Origin: a virus
Taxonomy: Duplodnaviria; Heunggongvirae; Uroviricota; Caudoviricetes
IMG/VR virus record: IMGVR_UViG_3300020048_000021
Coordinates: 105,848 to 169,847 of that record
Strand: one strand, 5' to 3'
DNA: 64,000 nt
Shown here: piece by piece, positions 41,805-50,720 of the stretch
How positions within the stretch are numbered: position 1 is the first letter of the stretch
How the letters are laid out: every line of letters starts with the position of its first letter
Notes under the pieces: generated by a model
The model's input: only the letters and a program-made list of their open reading frames with translations
The model's database searches: none
Told to the model about the DNA's origin: nothing
Program-made: the position numbers and the translations under genes

Positions 41805-42836
41805 ATGAGAAAGATGGCAACAATTCGTCGTATTGACGAACTAAACCCTATTGAGGGTGCTGATAAAATTGAAGTGGCTACCGTTGGTGGATGGAAAGTC
41901 GTGTGTCAGAAAGGATTGTATGTAGTTGGCGATCTAGCGGTATATTGTGAGATTGATAGTTTCATTCCCACTGCCATTGCTCCATTCCTGACTCGCGACG
42001 GGCATTACCCCAAGACGTATGAAGGTATTGAAGGTGAACGTCTTCGCACTATCAAGTTGCGTGGGCAAATCTCTCAAGGATTGTTACTGCCCTTGAGTGT
42101 TCTTGCTGTTAATACTTCTTCAGGTGATTATCTTGGTGACTGGGAACAGTTTGAGAATGAAGATGTAAGTGAGAATCTTGGCATCGTCAAATACGAACCG
42201 CCAATGTCAGCACAACTTGCTGGTGTCGCTCGTGGTAATTTCCCAAGTCAGATTCCAAAGACTGATCAAGAACGTTGTCAGAATCTGAAGCGTGAGATTT
42301 CTCAAGCTGGTGATACTACGTTCGAGGTTACTGAAAAGTTAGACGGTTCATCAATGACTGTATATCTGATTGATGGTGTCTTTGGTGTATGTTCACGCAA
42401 TCTTGATCTGAAAGAAAGTGAAGGAAATACTTTTTGGAAAGTTGCTCGTGAGTTGGATCTTGAAACTAAGATGCGGACTATGGGTGATAACTTTGCTATT
42501 CAAGGTGAACTAATTGGCGAAGGAATTCAAAAGAATATCTACGAAATCAAAGGTCATAAATTCATGGTATTCGATATCTATGATATTGTCGTGGGTGATT
42601 ATATGATTCCAGACATGGTTCGTACTATCTGCAAAATGCAGAACTTGAACCACTGTCCTGTTATTCTGCCTCACGGTTCAGTAAATCATACTATCGATGA
42701 ACTGCTTGAATTAGCAGAAGGAAAGTCTGAGCTGAATGTCAAGACTGAGCGTGAAGGTTTAGTATTCAAGGCAGTGAATGGTAGTTTTACATTCAAGGCT
42801 ATCTCAAATAAATTCTTATTAAAGCACGGGGATTAA
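41805..42836 (+). CDS. ATP-dependent RNA ligase (KxDG nucleotidyltransferase superfamily, Rnl2-like)
   Basis: motif I EKLDGSSMTVY; N-terminal OB-like region; RBS AAGGAAATATTATG. Confidence 0.55.
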   Translation: MRKMATIRRIDELNPIEGADKIEVATVGGWKVVCQKGLYVVGDLAVYCEIDSFIPTAIAPFLTRDGHYPKTYEGIEGERLRTIKLRGQISQGLLLPLSVLAVNTSSGDYLGDWEQFENEDVSENLGIVKYEPPMSAQLAGVARGNFPSQIPKTDQERCQNLKREISQAGDTTFEVTEKLDGSSMTVYLIDGVFGVCSRNLDLKESEGNTFWKVARELDLETKMRTMGDNFAIQGELIGEGIQKNIYEIKGHKFMVFDIYDIVVGDYMIPDMVRTICKMQNLNHCPVILPHGSVNHTIDELLELAEGKSELNVKTEREGLVFKAVNGSFTFKAISNKFLLKHGD

Positions 42837-42837
42837 A

Positions 42838-43002
42838 ATGAACGAAGCAACTTATACCATGATTAGAAAAAAATTCGATAAGTCGATGATGAAGATTGGC
42901 TGGATTGAAGATCGTAAAACAAGACACGCACTTGAATCACTACAAATTCAAATGAATGAAATTTTGCTTAAACATTTTGAAAGTAATAGAGGCGAAGAAT
43001 GA
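42838..43002 (+). CDS. hypothetical small protein (54 aa)
   Basis: ATG 2 nt after upstream TAA; first of four coupled small ORFs. Confidence 0.35.
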   Translation: MNEATYTMIRKKFDKSMMKIGWIEDRKTRHALESLQIQMNEILLKHFESNRGEE

Positions 43003-43169
43003 TTATATTTAAAAAAGAATATGATGATGAATCTCTCTATGATTTGGACAGAGATGTTTCAGAAGCAATTGATAGCGATTTCAATCCCAAGTTGGAAGCA
43101 ATTTCAACAGATGAACATGGTTTTCGATTGGGTAAATTCACAATAACTATTGAATGGAGTGAAGAATGA
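42999..43169 (+). CDS. hypothetical small acidic protein (56 aa)
   Basis: ATGA coupling. Confidence 0.35.
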   Translation: MIIFKKEYDDESLYDLDRDVSEAIDSDFNPKLEAISTDEHGFRLGKFTITIEWSEE

Positions 43170-43339
43170 ACTGGATACTAATTATTTTTGTGTGGGGCAC
43201 TGGTATGCAATCGGCGCCTGCATTGACTAGCATAGCTGTAGATACAGAGGCAGCGTGTCAATCAGCAGGCGTAAAATCCGTGCAAGACCTATCTACAAAA
43301 TATCATGTAGTTAAATTTTCTTGCTCAAAGAAGAATTAA
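43166..43339 (+). CDS. hypothetical small protein with N-terminal hydrophobic helix (57 aa)
   Basis: ATGA coupling. Confidence 0.35.
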   Translation: MNWILIIFVWGTGMQSAPALTSIAVDTEAACQSAGVKSVQDLSTKYHVVKFSCSKKN

Positions 43340-43510
43340 ATGACACGTAAAATTATACACATTGATGTTAGTAAAATGTCAGAAAAAGAAATTTGTGAAG
43401 CTATTGGCAGAAAATATATTCCTTGGTACAAAGACCTTGTATTTTGGTCGATTATTCTCTTGACTTTAAGTCAATCTTATGCTATAATTACTTTTATGAA
43501 AGGAATTTAA
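43340..43510 (+). CDS. hypothetical small protein (56 aa)
   Basis: TAAATG coupling; contains an internal promoter. Confidence 0.3.
   Translation: MTRKIIHIDVSKMSEKEICEAIGRKYIPWYKDLVFWSIILLTLSQSYAIITFMKGI
43460..43488 (+). promoter_or_regulatory. sigma70-type promoter TTGACT-17-TATAAT upstream of the kinase gene
   Basis: TTGACT 43460-43465, TATAAT 43483-43488. Confidence 0.55.
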
Positions 43511-43511
43511 A

Positions 43512-43943
43512 ATGAGACTAATCTTGATTCGTGGATTGCCGGGAAGTGGCAAGTCTACTCTTGCTCTTCAATTGATGTCATCAAATGGATTAACTTGCGC
43601 TCAACATTTTGAAGCAGATCAATATTTTATGGAAGATGGCGAATATAATTTCAACGTCGACCATTTACATTTGGCTCATAAATGGTGTCAAGATAAGACT
43701 CGTGATGCACTACAAGCTAACTGCGATGTGATCGTGTCTAACACATTCACAACCGCAAAAGAACTAAAATCGTATTTTAAAATTGCAGCAGAATACGATA
43801 TAGTACCTCAAGTAATTCTATGTCAGGGTTCTTGGGAAAGTGTACATAATGTACCAACTGAGGTTTTAGTCAAAATGAAAAATCGTTTTGATTATGATAT
43901 CACACGTTTATTTGAAACGTTAATTAACGATAAAGGAAAATAA
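43512..43943 (+). CDS. P-loop polynucleotide 5'-kinase-like protein (kinase domain only)
   Basis: LILIRGLPGSGKSTLA Walker A resembling T4 Pnk ILTIGCPGSGKSTWA; only 143 aa, no phosphatase domain. Confidence 0.55.
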   Translation: MRLILIRGLPGSGKSTLALQLMSSNGLTCAQHFEADQYFMEDGEYNFNVDHLHLAHKWCQDKTRDALQANCDVIVSNTFTTAKELKSYFKIAAEYDIVPQVILCQGSWESVHNVPTEVLVKMKNRFDYDITRLFETLINDKGK

Positions 43944-43950
43944 GTAAATC

Positions 43951-44439
43951 ATGAACAAGCATTATTATTTCGCATACGGAATGAATACTAATATCGGGGG
44001 GATGAAGTCAAGATGTCCCGCTGCTATCAGTATTGGTTCCTCTATGTTGGCAAATTACGAGTTTCGTTTTGCCTGTCACGCAGATGTAGTACCAAAATTA
44101 GGAGCCAAAACGGTTGGAGTATTATGGGAATTAACTGATAAATGTCTAGCTAGTCTAGATCGTTTAGAAAGCTATCCTGTATACTATGATCGTGTAATTG
44201 TTCCTATTATACACAGAGATCGTGTATATAACGGTTGGGTATACGTTATGCAACCGGGACATCCAAAAAGCCCTCCAGGAAATGGATATTGGGATTGCTT
44301 AATGGAAGGCTACAAAGAACACGATGTTAGTCGGCGTCAATTACATATTGCGCTGAATAATAGTCGTGATAGTATTAGAACCGGTGCCTATTCTCATGAT
44401 TGGCACGATTATCATGTTGATCAATACGTTACACATTAA
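43951..44439 (+). CDS. gamma-glutamyl cyclotransferase-like (AIG2/GGCT fold) protein
   Basis: N-terminal YFAYGMNTN resembles the YGSxL GGCT motif. Confidence 0.4.
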   Translation: MNKHYYFAYGMNTNIGGMKSRCPAAISIGSSMLANYEFRFACHADVVPKLGAKTVGVLWELTDKCLASLDRLESYPVYYDRVIVPIIHRDRVYNGWVYVMQPGHPKSPPGNGYWDCLMEGYKEHDVSRRQLHIALNNSRDSIRTGAYSHDWHDYHVDQYVTH

Positions 44440-44448
44440 GGATTTAAA

Positions 44449-44850
44449 ATGATTAATTACAAAGATTTTCCAGTGGTATCAATGGATGAATACGAGGGTA
44501 TTGTAATCGATGCTCATCAAAACAAAGATGGTTATACTCCTAGTATTCACTTTGTCAAACAATTTTGGAATCCAGACGCCAAGAAAAAAAGTAAGCGTAG
44601 AGCAGAGGGTTTTGTCATGGTTACTTATATGACATGCAAAACTCTAGAAGAATTACACGCTAAAATTAGTATGATGATCGAAATTGGGTTTTTCAATAAT
44701 ACCCAAGTGTCGGCATACGGTAATTTATGGAACGAATCTGACGAAATTGTGTCTCAAATTGACTGGCAGAAAATCGGTGATAACATTGAATGGGAAGAAG
44801 AAGATATTACCGATTCTATTCTCAACCGTGTAAGTAGAACATTACACTAG
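44449..44850 (+). CDS. hypothetical protein
   Basis: 133 aa ORF. Confidence 0.4.
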   Translation: MINYKDFPVVSMDEYEGIVIDAHQNKDGYTPSIHFVKQFWNPDAKKKSKRRAEGFVMVTYMTCKTLEELHAKISMMIEIGFFNNTQVSAYGNLWNESDEIVSQIDWQKIGDNIEWEEEDITDSILNRVSRTLH

Positions 44851-44854
44851 AATG

Positions 44855-45115
44855 TTATTTTACACTGTCAAAAATCTTTTTCTGATCTTCGTACCATTGA
44901 ATCCAGCTATCTAACTTAATGCTACATTCGTTATATTGACCGTAATTTTGTGTTACGGTCAATAGAACATCACTCAACTTATCAGTCTTTTTGACATCTA
45001 GCAATTCAGGACATTTTTCTTTTAAAATAGCAGGAACATCAGGGAAATTTCGTTTCACTGGCGTAACACATCCGCTGAGCGATAATATAACGAGTATTAG
45101 TATTAACGTTTTCAT
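44855..45115 (-). CDS. outer-membrane spanin (Rz1-like lipoprotein)
   Basis: signal peptide with lipobox LSGC, 86 aa, 4-nt overlap with the i-spanin gene. Confidence 0.55.
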   Translation of the reverse strand: MKTLILILVILSLSGCVTPVKRNFPDVPAILKEKCPELLDVKKTDKLSDVLLTVTQNYGQYNECSIKLDSWIQWYEDQKKIFDSVK

Positions 45116-45549
45116 TTCTTCACTCCTGAATGTGCAGCTTGATTAAGTATTTCAATAGCTTCTGGATCTATCTTACAAGTTCTGTCTAGTTTATCAGCAT
45201 CTTTATTGATACGAGTTTGATTAACGTATTGTATTTCTTTTACTACTTTAACTCGATCTACATATACAGTTTCAATTTTGCCATTAGCTTCGGCTGCAGC
45301 TTTCTCTGCTTTAGCAACTTTAATTTCAAGTTCAGCAACTCTTGCTTTCCATTTGGCTTCATTAACGATGCCACCTTCCATCCAAACTGAAAATATCATT
45401 ACTACTATACTAATGATACGAATAATTTCTACGTTGGTTGAAATAAACGGTATCATTTTAAGAACATAACAAGCTCCAAATGCAATCACACTGGCTAATA
45501 GTAACAAGTGATACACGAAATCAGGAATAAACGACAGTAGCCACATCAT
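45112..45549 (-). CDS. inner-membrane spanin (Rz-like)
   Basis: N-terminal TM helices then coiled coil AKWKARVAELEIKVAKAEKAAAEANGKIE. Confidence 0.55.
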   Translation of the reverse strand: MMWLLSFIPDFVYHLLLLASVIAFGACYVLKMIPFISTNVEIIRIISIVVMIFSVWMEGGIVNEAKWKARVAELEIKVAKAEKAAAEANGKIETVYVDRVKVVKEIQYVNQTRINKDADKLDRTCKIDPEAIEILNQAAHSGVKK

Positions 45550-45551
45550 GA

Positions 45552-46181
45552 TTAAGCTCCAAGTACGCGCATTGCGTGTTGATAATTATGAGTTCGTTCT
45601 TCTAGACCATTTTCTCCGCCATTGATAGCACGAGTGAGTCCGAGTACGTCTCCTACGTCGGCAAATCGATTTAATCGTTTATCTTCCCAAAACCAACAAG
45701 CACTTTGTACCGCTCCTTCAAATGTAGCTAGATAATCTGGCAGTTGTTCTACTGGAGTTTCTATACTTTCGGCAAAACGTGTATAATTATCTTTGCCAGT
45801 TAGCTGTATAAGACCTTTTCCAGCATATCGCCATCCATCTCCACTTGCTTCATTGCCATTTCCCATACGATCAGCATATGCTCTGTTTGCAATTTTCTCT
45901 TGATTGTGTGCATATTGATCTGCCATGTCTGGAGTGAATCTACTTGGCCATACTCGACATAATGAAGCAGCAGTGTAATTCAAATTCTCTCTAAGTGCAG
46001 TGAAATTTGCACTTTCGTGAGCGCATTGAGATAGAAAAGCGGCAACTCGTAATACGGTATTGATTTCGTAATCAGGTAATATAAGTGTTAGCGCAGTATA
46101 CCATTCAGTAACAAAAGAGTTACCCGGTATAATTTGTGCTAATTGTGATTCTGTAAAATTAAATGTAAATGATTGACTCAT
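45552..46181 (-). CDS. endolysin, glycoside hydrolase family 19 (chitinase-like lysozyme)
   Basis: CAHESANF... GKGLIQLTGKDNY matches GH19 catalytic blocks. Confidence 0.65.
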   Translation of the reverse strand: MSQSFTFNFTESQLAQIIPGNSFVTEWYTALTLILPDYEINTVLRVAAFLSQCAHESANFTALRENLNYTAASLCRVWPSRFTPDMADQYAHNQEKIANRAYADRMGNGNEASGDGWRYAGKGLIQLTGKDNYTRFAESIETPVEQLPDYLATFEGAVQSACWFWEDKRLNRFADVGDVLGLTRAINGGENGLEERTHNYQHAMRVLGA

Positions 46182-46195
46182 AATAGTTTTTTCCT

Positions 46196-46543
46196 TTATT
46201 TTTTAGGTACAAGATATCCGAATTCTGCTTCTGCTCGTCGTGTTGCTGGACCCGTAATTCCATCGGCTATAATTTTGGCACCTGCTGATATCAATTCCAA
46301 TTGACGTTTTTTCACAACTGAGTCAAATCCATATGGAGTAGGTGTTAACGATTTAGTAGGTACTACGGTTCCTTCATATTTTTTATGAATTGTTATGACT
46401 CGACATGTTTGTTTCGCAACTTCATTAACATCTAATACGACCTGCCCGTTTTTATCTTTGATATCAGTGCAAATTTGTTTGGTTTCTGCTGCATAAACAG
46501 AAGACGATGCTACAATCAATGTAATTAATGCAAGTTTTTTCAT
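46196..46543 (-). CDS. secreted protein with putative peptidoglycan-binding C-terminal domain
   Basis: signal peptide MKKLALITLIVASSSVYA; C-terminal LELISAGAKIIADGITGPATRRAEAEFGYL resembles PG_binding_1 repeats. Confidence 0.45.
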   Translation of the reverse strand: MKKLALITLIVASSSVYAAETKQICTDIKDKNGQVVLDVNEVAKQTCRVITIHKKYEGTVVPTKSLTPTPYGFDSVVKKRQLELISAGAKIIADGITGPATRRAEAEFGYLVPKK

Positions 46544-46553
46544 AATTTAATCC

Positions 46554-47003
46554 TTAAAGTGGTCTATCAACTTGATGCGGTGGCCCTGATCTCGGAGCGT
46601 ACATAGTTCTAGTGGGCGATACTTGTTGAGGCTGGTTGCTAACTTGTGCATTTCCCTGTCCCGGCGGAATGTAAGTAGTTCCGGAACCTTGACCAAATCC
46701 TTCCAATCCACTAATTTCTGCGCCCGCTATTTTTTCTTTAGTTCTACCATAAGCGGCTATACCCAATACCGCACCCATTGCTAGATGAAATAATCCAGCA
46801 CCCTGTAGTGTTAGTGGTTGCCATTGACTGGTCACTTGGCCATCAGCATATGCTTGTAATAAACTCCACAGAATAGGAAATCCTACAAAATCCATGATAC
46901 AAACCAACATATACATCCAGCCCATCATTGGTCGCCATTTGGAATTCATCCAATTTTCTTTTTTTCTTTCGCTATCAATCATTGTGTCATTTGACATTTT
47001 CAA
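46554..47003 (-). CDS. membrane protein, candidate holin
   Basis: hydrophobic helices with WRPMMGW motif and G/P-rich tail; heads the minus-strand lysis cassette. Confidence 0.4.
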   Translation of the reverse strand: MKMSNDTMIDSERKKENWMNSKWRPMMGWMYMLVCIMDFVGFPILWSLLQAYADGQVTSQWQPLTLQGAGLFHLAMGAVLGIAAYGRTKEKIAGAEISGLEGFGQGSGTTYIPPGQGNAQVSNQPQQVSPTRTMYAPRSGPPHQVDRPL

Positions 47004-47071
47004 ACCATTTTAAATATATAGATATTTATCCATTTTTAATTATTATATCTAGATATATTATACCTAAATAG

Positions 47072-47100
47072 TTGACATTAATGTGATATTAACGTATAAT
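47072..47100 (+). promoter_or_regulatory. sigma70-type promoter TTGACATTAATGT-17-TATAAT
   Basis: TTGACA 47072-47077, TATAAT 47095-47100. Confidence 0.6.
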
Positions 47101-47121
47101 CATATAAACAAGGACGAAATC

Positions 47122-47424
47122 ATGAGCACCGAAGAAGATAAGTTCAAGCATAGTCGAAGAATTTTGAAAGATGACAATGCTATATCCAAACAACTAAAGA
47201 TTGCAAAATCTAATAGTGCTATGGGTAAGATGATTGATGAGCCACATCGAATGGCAAAGCATCATGCCATGAATTGTGGTAATTCAAATTGTTTAATGTG
47301 TGGAAATCCTCGTAAGATATTCAACGAAAAGACCATGCAAGAACAACGTATGGAACAAGATATGGATACTATTAGAGATCGTCATAGTAATGGTACTGTA
47401 ATTATTAACGAAGACGACAAATAA
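47122..47424 (+). CDS. hypothetical protein with Cys-rich motif
   Basis: ATG 47122 after RBS CAAGGACGAAATCATG; CGNSNCLMCGNPRK. Confidence 0.45.
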   Translation: MSTEEDKFKHSRRILKDDNAISKQLKIAKSNSAMGKMIDEPHRMAKHHAMNCGNSNCLMCGNPRKIFNEKTMQEQRMEQDMDTIRDRHSNGTVIINEDDK

Positions 47425-47425
47425 A

Positions 47426-47599
47426 ATGGCCCTAATCGCAATCTTAATATTTTTTATATTAGTTATAACAAATTGTGTGTTTTTTGGTCTAGTAAAGATT
47501 GCAGTAGTATTTGCTATTCTTGCTGTACTTGGTGTAATAGCGATATTCGTAGCAATATTAGTTGGTATCATAACATTAGCAATTAAACTCTCGGAGTAA
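47426..47599 (+). CDS. small membrane protein (57 aa)
   Basis: MALIAILIFFILVIT... two TM helices; below ORF-track cutoff. Confidence 0.35.
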   Translation: MALIAILIFFILVITNCVFFGLVKIAVVFAILAVLGVIAIFVAILVGIITLAIKLSE

Positions 47600-47603
47600 T
47601 AAA

Positions 47604-47885
47604 ATGGACAAAATTTTGTCAGAAAGTGAAGTACTAGAAATGTTACGTGAATCAGTTTGTGAAGTAACATTCAAAAAAGTAGATGGCGAACTTAGAGTTA
47701 TGCCGTGTACGTTAAAATCAGATGTGTTGCCAGCAAAACCAGTTTTGTCAGAAAATGAAATTGTCAAAACTCGTACAAAAGCTCCAGGAGTTATCTCTGT
47801 ATGGAGTATGGATCGAAAAGAATGGCGTAGCTTTCGATTAGCAAACATTGTTAGCGTAGTTAAGCTACCAGACTCGGTAGTATAA
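47604..47885 (+). CDS. hypothetical protein
   Basis: 93 aa, RBS. Confidence 0.4.
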   Translation: MDKILSESEVLEMLRESVCEVTFKKVDGELRVMPCTLKSDVLPAKPVLSENEIVKTRTKAPGVISVWSMDRKEWRSFRLANIVSVVKLPDSVV

Positions 47886-48018
47886 GCTCATCTGAGTAGT
47901 ACAAATTTTAAGATAGTGATTATATCATATAAATATACGTTCATTATACCAAAAAATTTGTATAGTAAGTCATTATAGTATATAATGACATTGTTTTATA
48001 ACCTTAAGGAAAATATAA

Positions 48019-49173
48019 ATGCAATTTAATAAAACTTTAGTCGCATCAGCAGTACTCGCAATGGGCACAACTGTAGCGCAAGCAGCAGATTCGTCTGTAA
48101 CGCTTTACGGTGTTATCGACGCTGGATTTCAAGTATCTACTCAGAGTTTGGCCAATGGCTATTCAACGAGCAACGTAGGTATTGCCAGTGGTGTTCAACA
48201 AGGAAACCGATTTGGTATCAAAGGATCGGAAGATTTGGGAAATGGTCTACGTGCCACATTCACTCTTGAGTCTGGATTCAATCTTGGAAATGGCGCAAGT
48301 CAACAAGGTGGAACACTTTTCGGACGTCAATCATGGGTTGGGTTAGAAAGTGACAAATTGGGCTACGCTCGTTTGGGTAAACAATATAACTTTGCCACTG
48401 ACTACGTTGGTGCTATTGATCCATTCTTGTTAGGCTTCGGTCAAGCTAACATTGGTGCTACATTCGGTGCTGCCAACACTACACGTTACAACAACATGAT
48501 CAAATATCAATCACCAACATACTCAGGATTCACTGCTGGTGTCGGTTATTCATTTGCTAGTGGTCTAAGCACAGTCTACGCCGATAATGGTGCTGTAGCT
48601 GCTGCAAACACTTACAATTATGCTACAAACAACAACACTCGTGTACTGACAGTTGGCGGAAAATACGCAAGCGGTCCATTAACAGTGGTTGCTTCGTATG
48701 ACGTAATGTATGGTGCTGACAACGTAGTTGGTTCTAATGCCGCTAATCCAAAACAATGGATCTTCGGTGGAGCGTATGACTTCACAGTTGTAAAAGTTGC
48801 AGCCGCATATAGCCAAACCCGAAATGGTTGGATTAATGGTCAAGCTAGTGTAGACCCAACATTCAGTACTAATGCTTATGGTGGTGGTGCAGGTGGTGTA
48901 TTGTTCGACACTAACTTTGGTGCTAACAGCTACATGTTAGGTGCTACTGTTCCAGTAACAGGCGCTCAAAAAGTATTTGCATCATATCAGTATGCTACTC
49001 CAATTACAACATTGGCTAATGCTACTAACTTGAGCATCTACTCTGTTGGTTATCAATATGACTTCTCTAAGCGTACAAATGCGTATGCCTATGTTAGTCA
49101 GGCTCAGAACTATGCCTTCTTAGACGGTGCTAAAAGCACAGTTTATGGTGTAGGTTTACGTCACCAGTTTTAA
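48019..49173 (+). CDS. Gram-negative general porin (Porin_4 / Neisseria-Burkholderia type)
   Basis: signal peptide MQFNKTLVASAVLAMGTTVAQA, mature start ADSSVTLYGVIDAGF, alternating beta-strand pattern, C-terminal RHQF. Confidence 0.7.
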   Translation: MQFNKTLVASAVLAMGTTVAQAADSSVTLYGVIDAGFQVSTQSLANGYSTSNVGIASGVQQGNRFGIKGSEDLGNGLRATFTLESGFNLGNGASQQGGTLFGRQSWVGLESDKLGYARLGKQYNFATDYVGAIDPFLLGFGQANIGATFGAANTTRYNNMIKYQSPTYSGFTAGVGYSFASGLSTVYADNGAVAAANTYNYATNNNTRVLTVGGKYASGPLTVVASYDVMYGADNVVGSNAANPKQWIFGGAYDFTVVKVAAAYSQTRNGWINGQASVDPTFSTNAYGGGAGGVLFDTNFGANSYMLGATVPVTGAQKVFASYQYATPITTLANATNLSIYSVGYQYDFSKRTNAYAYVSQAQNYAFLDGAKSTVYGVGLRHQF

Positions 49174-49187
49174 TCCAAGGGATAACA

Positions 49188-49736
49188 ATGAAAGCATTAT
49201 TAGCAATCATGTTATCCTTCGTAACCCTCTGGTCGGCCGCTTTTGCGGTTGAGGGTTACGTAACGGATGGTAGTGGTCAAATTGTCAAGACAGGCTCCGG
49301 ACTGTGTCTTCACACTGGATCATTCACAGCAGCAAATGCAGTAGAAAATTGTGATTTGGTAGTTAAAGCTAAGTCAAAGCCAGTAGTATTGAGTTCAGAC
49401 GTACTGTTTGAGTTTGATAGTGCAGTCATTACCACTAAAGGTAAAGTAGCATTAGATCAATTATCAAAACAAATCAAAACAACTGATACTCTAGCTATCG
49501 TGGGTCATGCTGATCGTATTGGAACTGCTGTGTACAATCAACAACTGAGTTCACGTCGTGCTGATGCAGTTGCTATGTACTTAGATAGCAAAGTCAAAGC
49601 ATTGTATGTAACCACAGGAGTTGGCAGTACACAACCAACCGAAGATACTAAACTATGCAATGGCTTGAAGAATCAAGCAAAATTGATCAAGTGTTTATCA
49701 CCTGATCGACGGGTAGTAATTAGTTTTAGTAAATAA
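49188..49736 (+). CDS. OmpA-family protein (OmpA C-terminal peptidoglycan-binding domain)
   Basis: signal peptide; VLFEFDSAVI... AIVGHADRIGTAVYNQQLSSRRADAVAMYL matches the OmpA_C consensus. Confidence 0.65.
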   Translation: MKALLAIMLSFVTLWSAAFAVEGYVTDGSGQIVKTGSGLCLHTGSFTAANAVENCDLVVKAKSKPVVLSSDVLFEFDSAVITTKGKVALDQLSKQIKTTDTLAIVGHADRIGTAVYNQQLSSRRADAVAMYLDSKVKALYVTTGVGSTQPTEDTKLCNGLKNQAKLIKCLSPDRRVVISFSK

Positions 49737-49737
49737 T

Positions 49738-49763
49738 AAAATGCCTCTTCGGAGGCATTTTTA
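49738..49763 (+). terminator. rho-independent terminator
   Basis: ATGCCTC-TTCG-GAGGCAT followed by TTTTTA. Confidence 0.7.
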
Positions 49764-49814
49764 CTTGTAACATAACTGTAATACCATTGAATAGAATAGC
49801 AGATAAATATTTTT

Positions 49815-50603
49815 ATGAACAAAACATACCGTACTATATGTATTTCAGATATTCATCTCGGCACTCGTGATTGTAAAGCAGCTAAGCTAAATAATTTTCT
49901 CAAACACAATACTTGCGAAACATTATATCTCGTGGGTGACATCATTGATGCTTGGAAAATCCAACAGAATAAATGGCAATGGAAGCAAAGTCATAGTAAT
50001 GTAATTCGTAGAATATTAGGACATGCTAAGCGAGACACAAGAGTAGTTTATGTTGCTGGTAATCATGACGAATTTCTAAGACCATTAATGTCATATAAAA
50101 TTGGATTTGGAGATATCGAAATAGTAAACCAAGCAGAACATGTCGGAATAGACGGCAAACGTTACTTGGTCACTCACGGCGATTTATTCGATGGAATCAC
50201 AAGATTAGCACCGTGGATTAGTTTTTTAGGAGATAAAGCGTATGATTGTGTACTTAATTTCAATAGCAAATTTAATTGGATTCGTCACCGTATGGGTTTT
50301 GGTTATTGGAGTCTTAGCCAATATCTTAAACGCCGTGTCAAAAAAGCAGTAGATTTTATTTTCAAATTTGAAAATAATTTAGCAGCGTATTGTAAGAAAC
50401 GTGAATTTGACGGAGTAATTTGCGGTCATATACATCATGCTGAGATCAAAGATATAGACGGTATCACTTACATGAATGATGGTGACTGGGTAGAAAGTTG
50501 CACCGCATTAGTCGAACATCATGACGGGCGTTGGGAAATAATAACTTGGACTCAGGAGATCGATAATGTGGATACTACTACTGATAGCGATACACATCAG
50601 TGA
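49815..50603 (+). CDS. calcineurin-like metallophosphoesterase (LpxH-like layout)
   Basis: DIHLG, GDIIDAW, GNHDEF, HGD, GHIHH motifs; layout resembles UDP-2,3-diacylglucosamine hydrolase. Confidence 0.6.
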   Translation: MNKTYRTICISDIHLGTRDCKAAKLNNFLKHNTCETLYLVGDIIDAWKIQQNKWQWKQSHSNVIRRILGHAKRDTRVVYVAGNHDEFLRPLMSYKIGFGDIEIVNQAEHVGIDGKRYLVTHGDLFDGITRLAPWISFLGDKAYDCVLNFNSKFNWIRHRMGFGYWSLSQYLKRRVKKAVDFIFKFENNLAAYCKKREFDGVICGHIHHAEIKDIDGITYMNDGDWVESCTALVEHHDGRWEIITWTQEIDNVDTTTDSDTHQ

Positions 50604-50720
50604 TTCCAAAGATATACCTGCTAGAGTACAAATTCCATTTGAAAATCAAGCAGCATGTGAGTATGCAAAAGCCAATATGTCGTATTGGATAAAATTCGAG
50701 TCATTTAAAATAGAAGCAAT

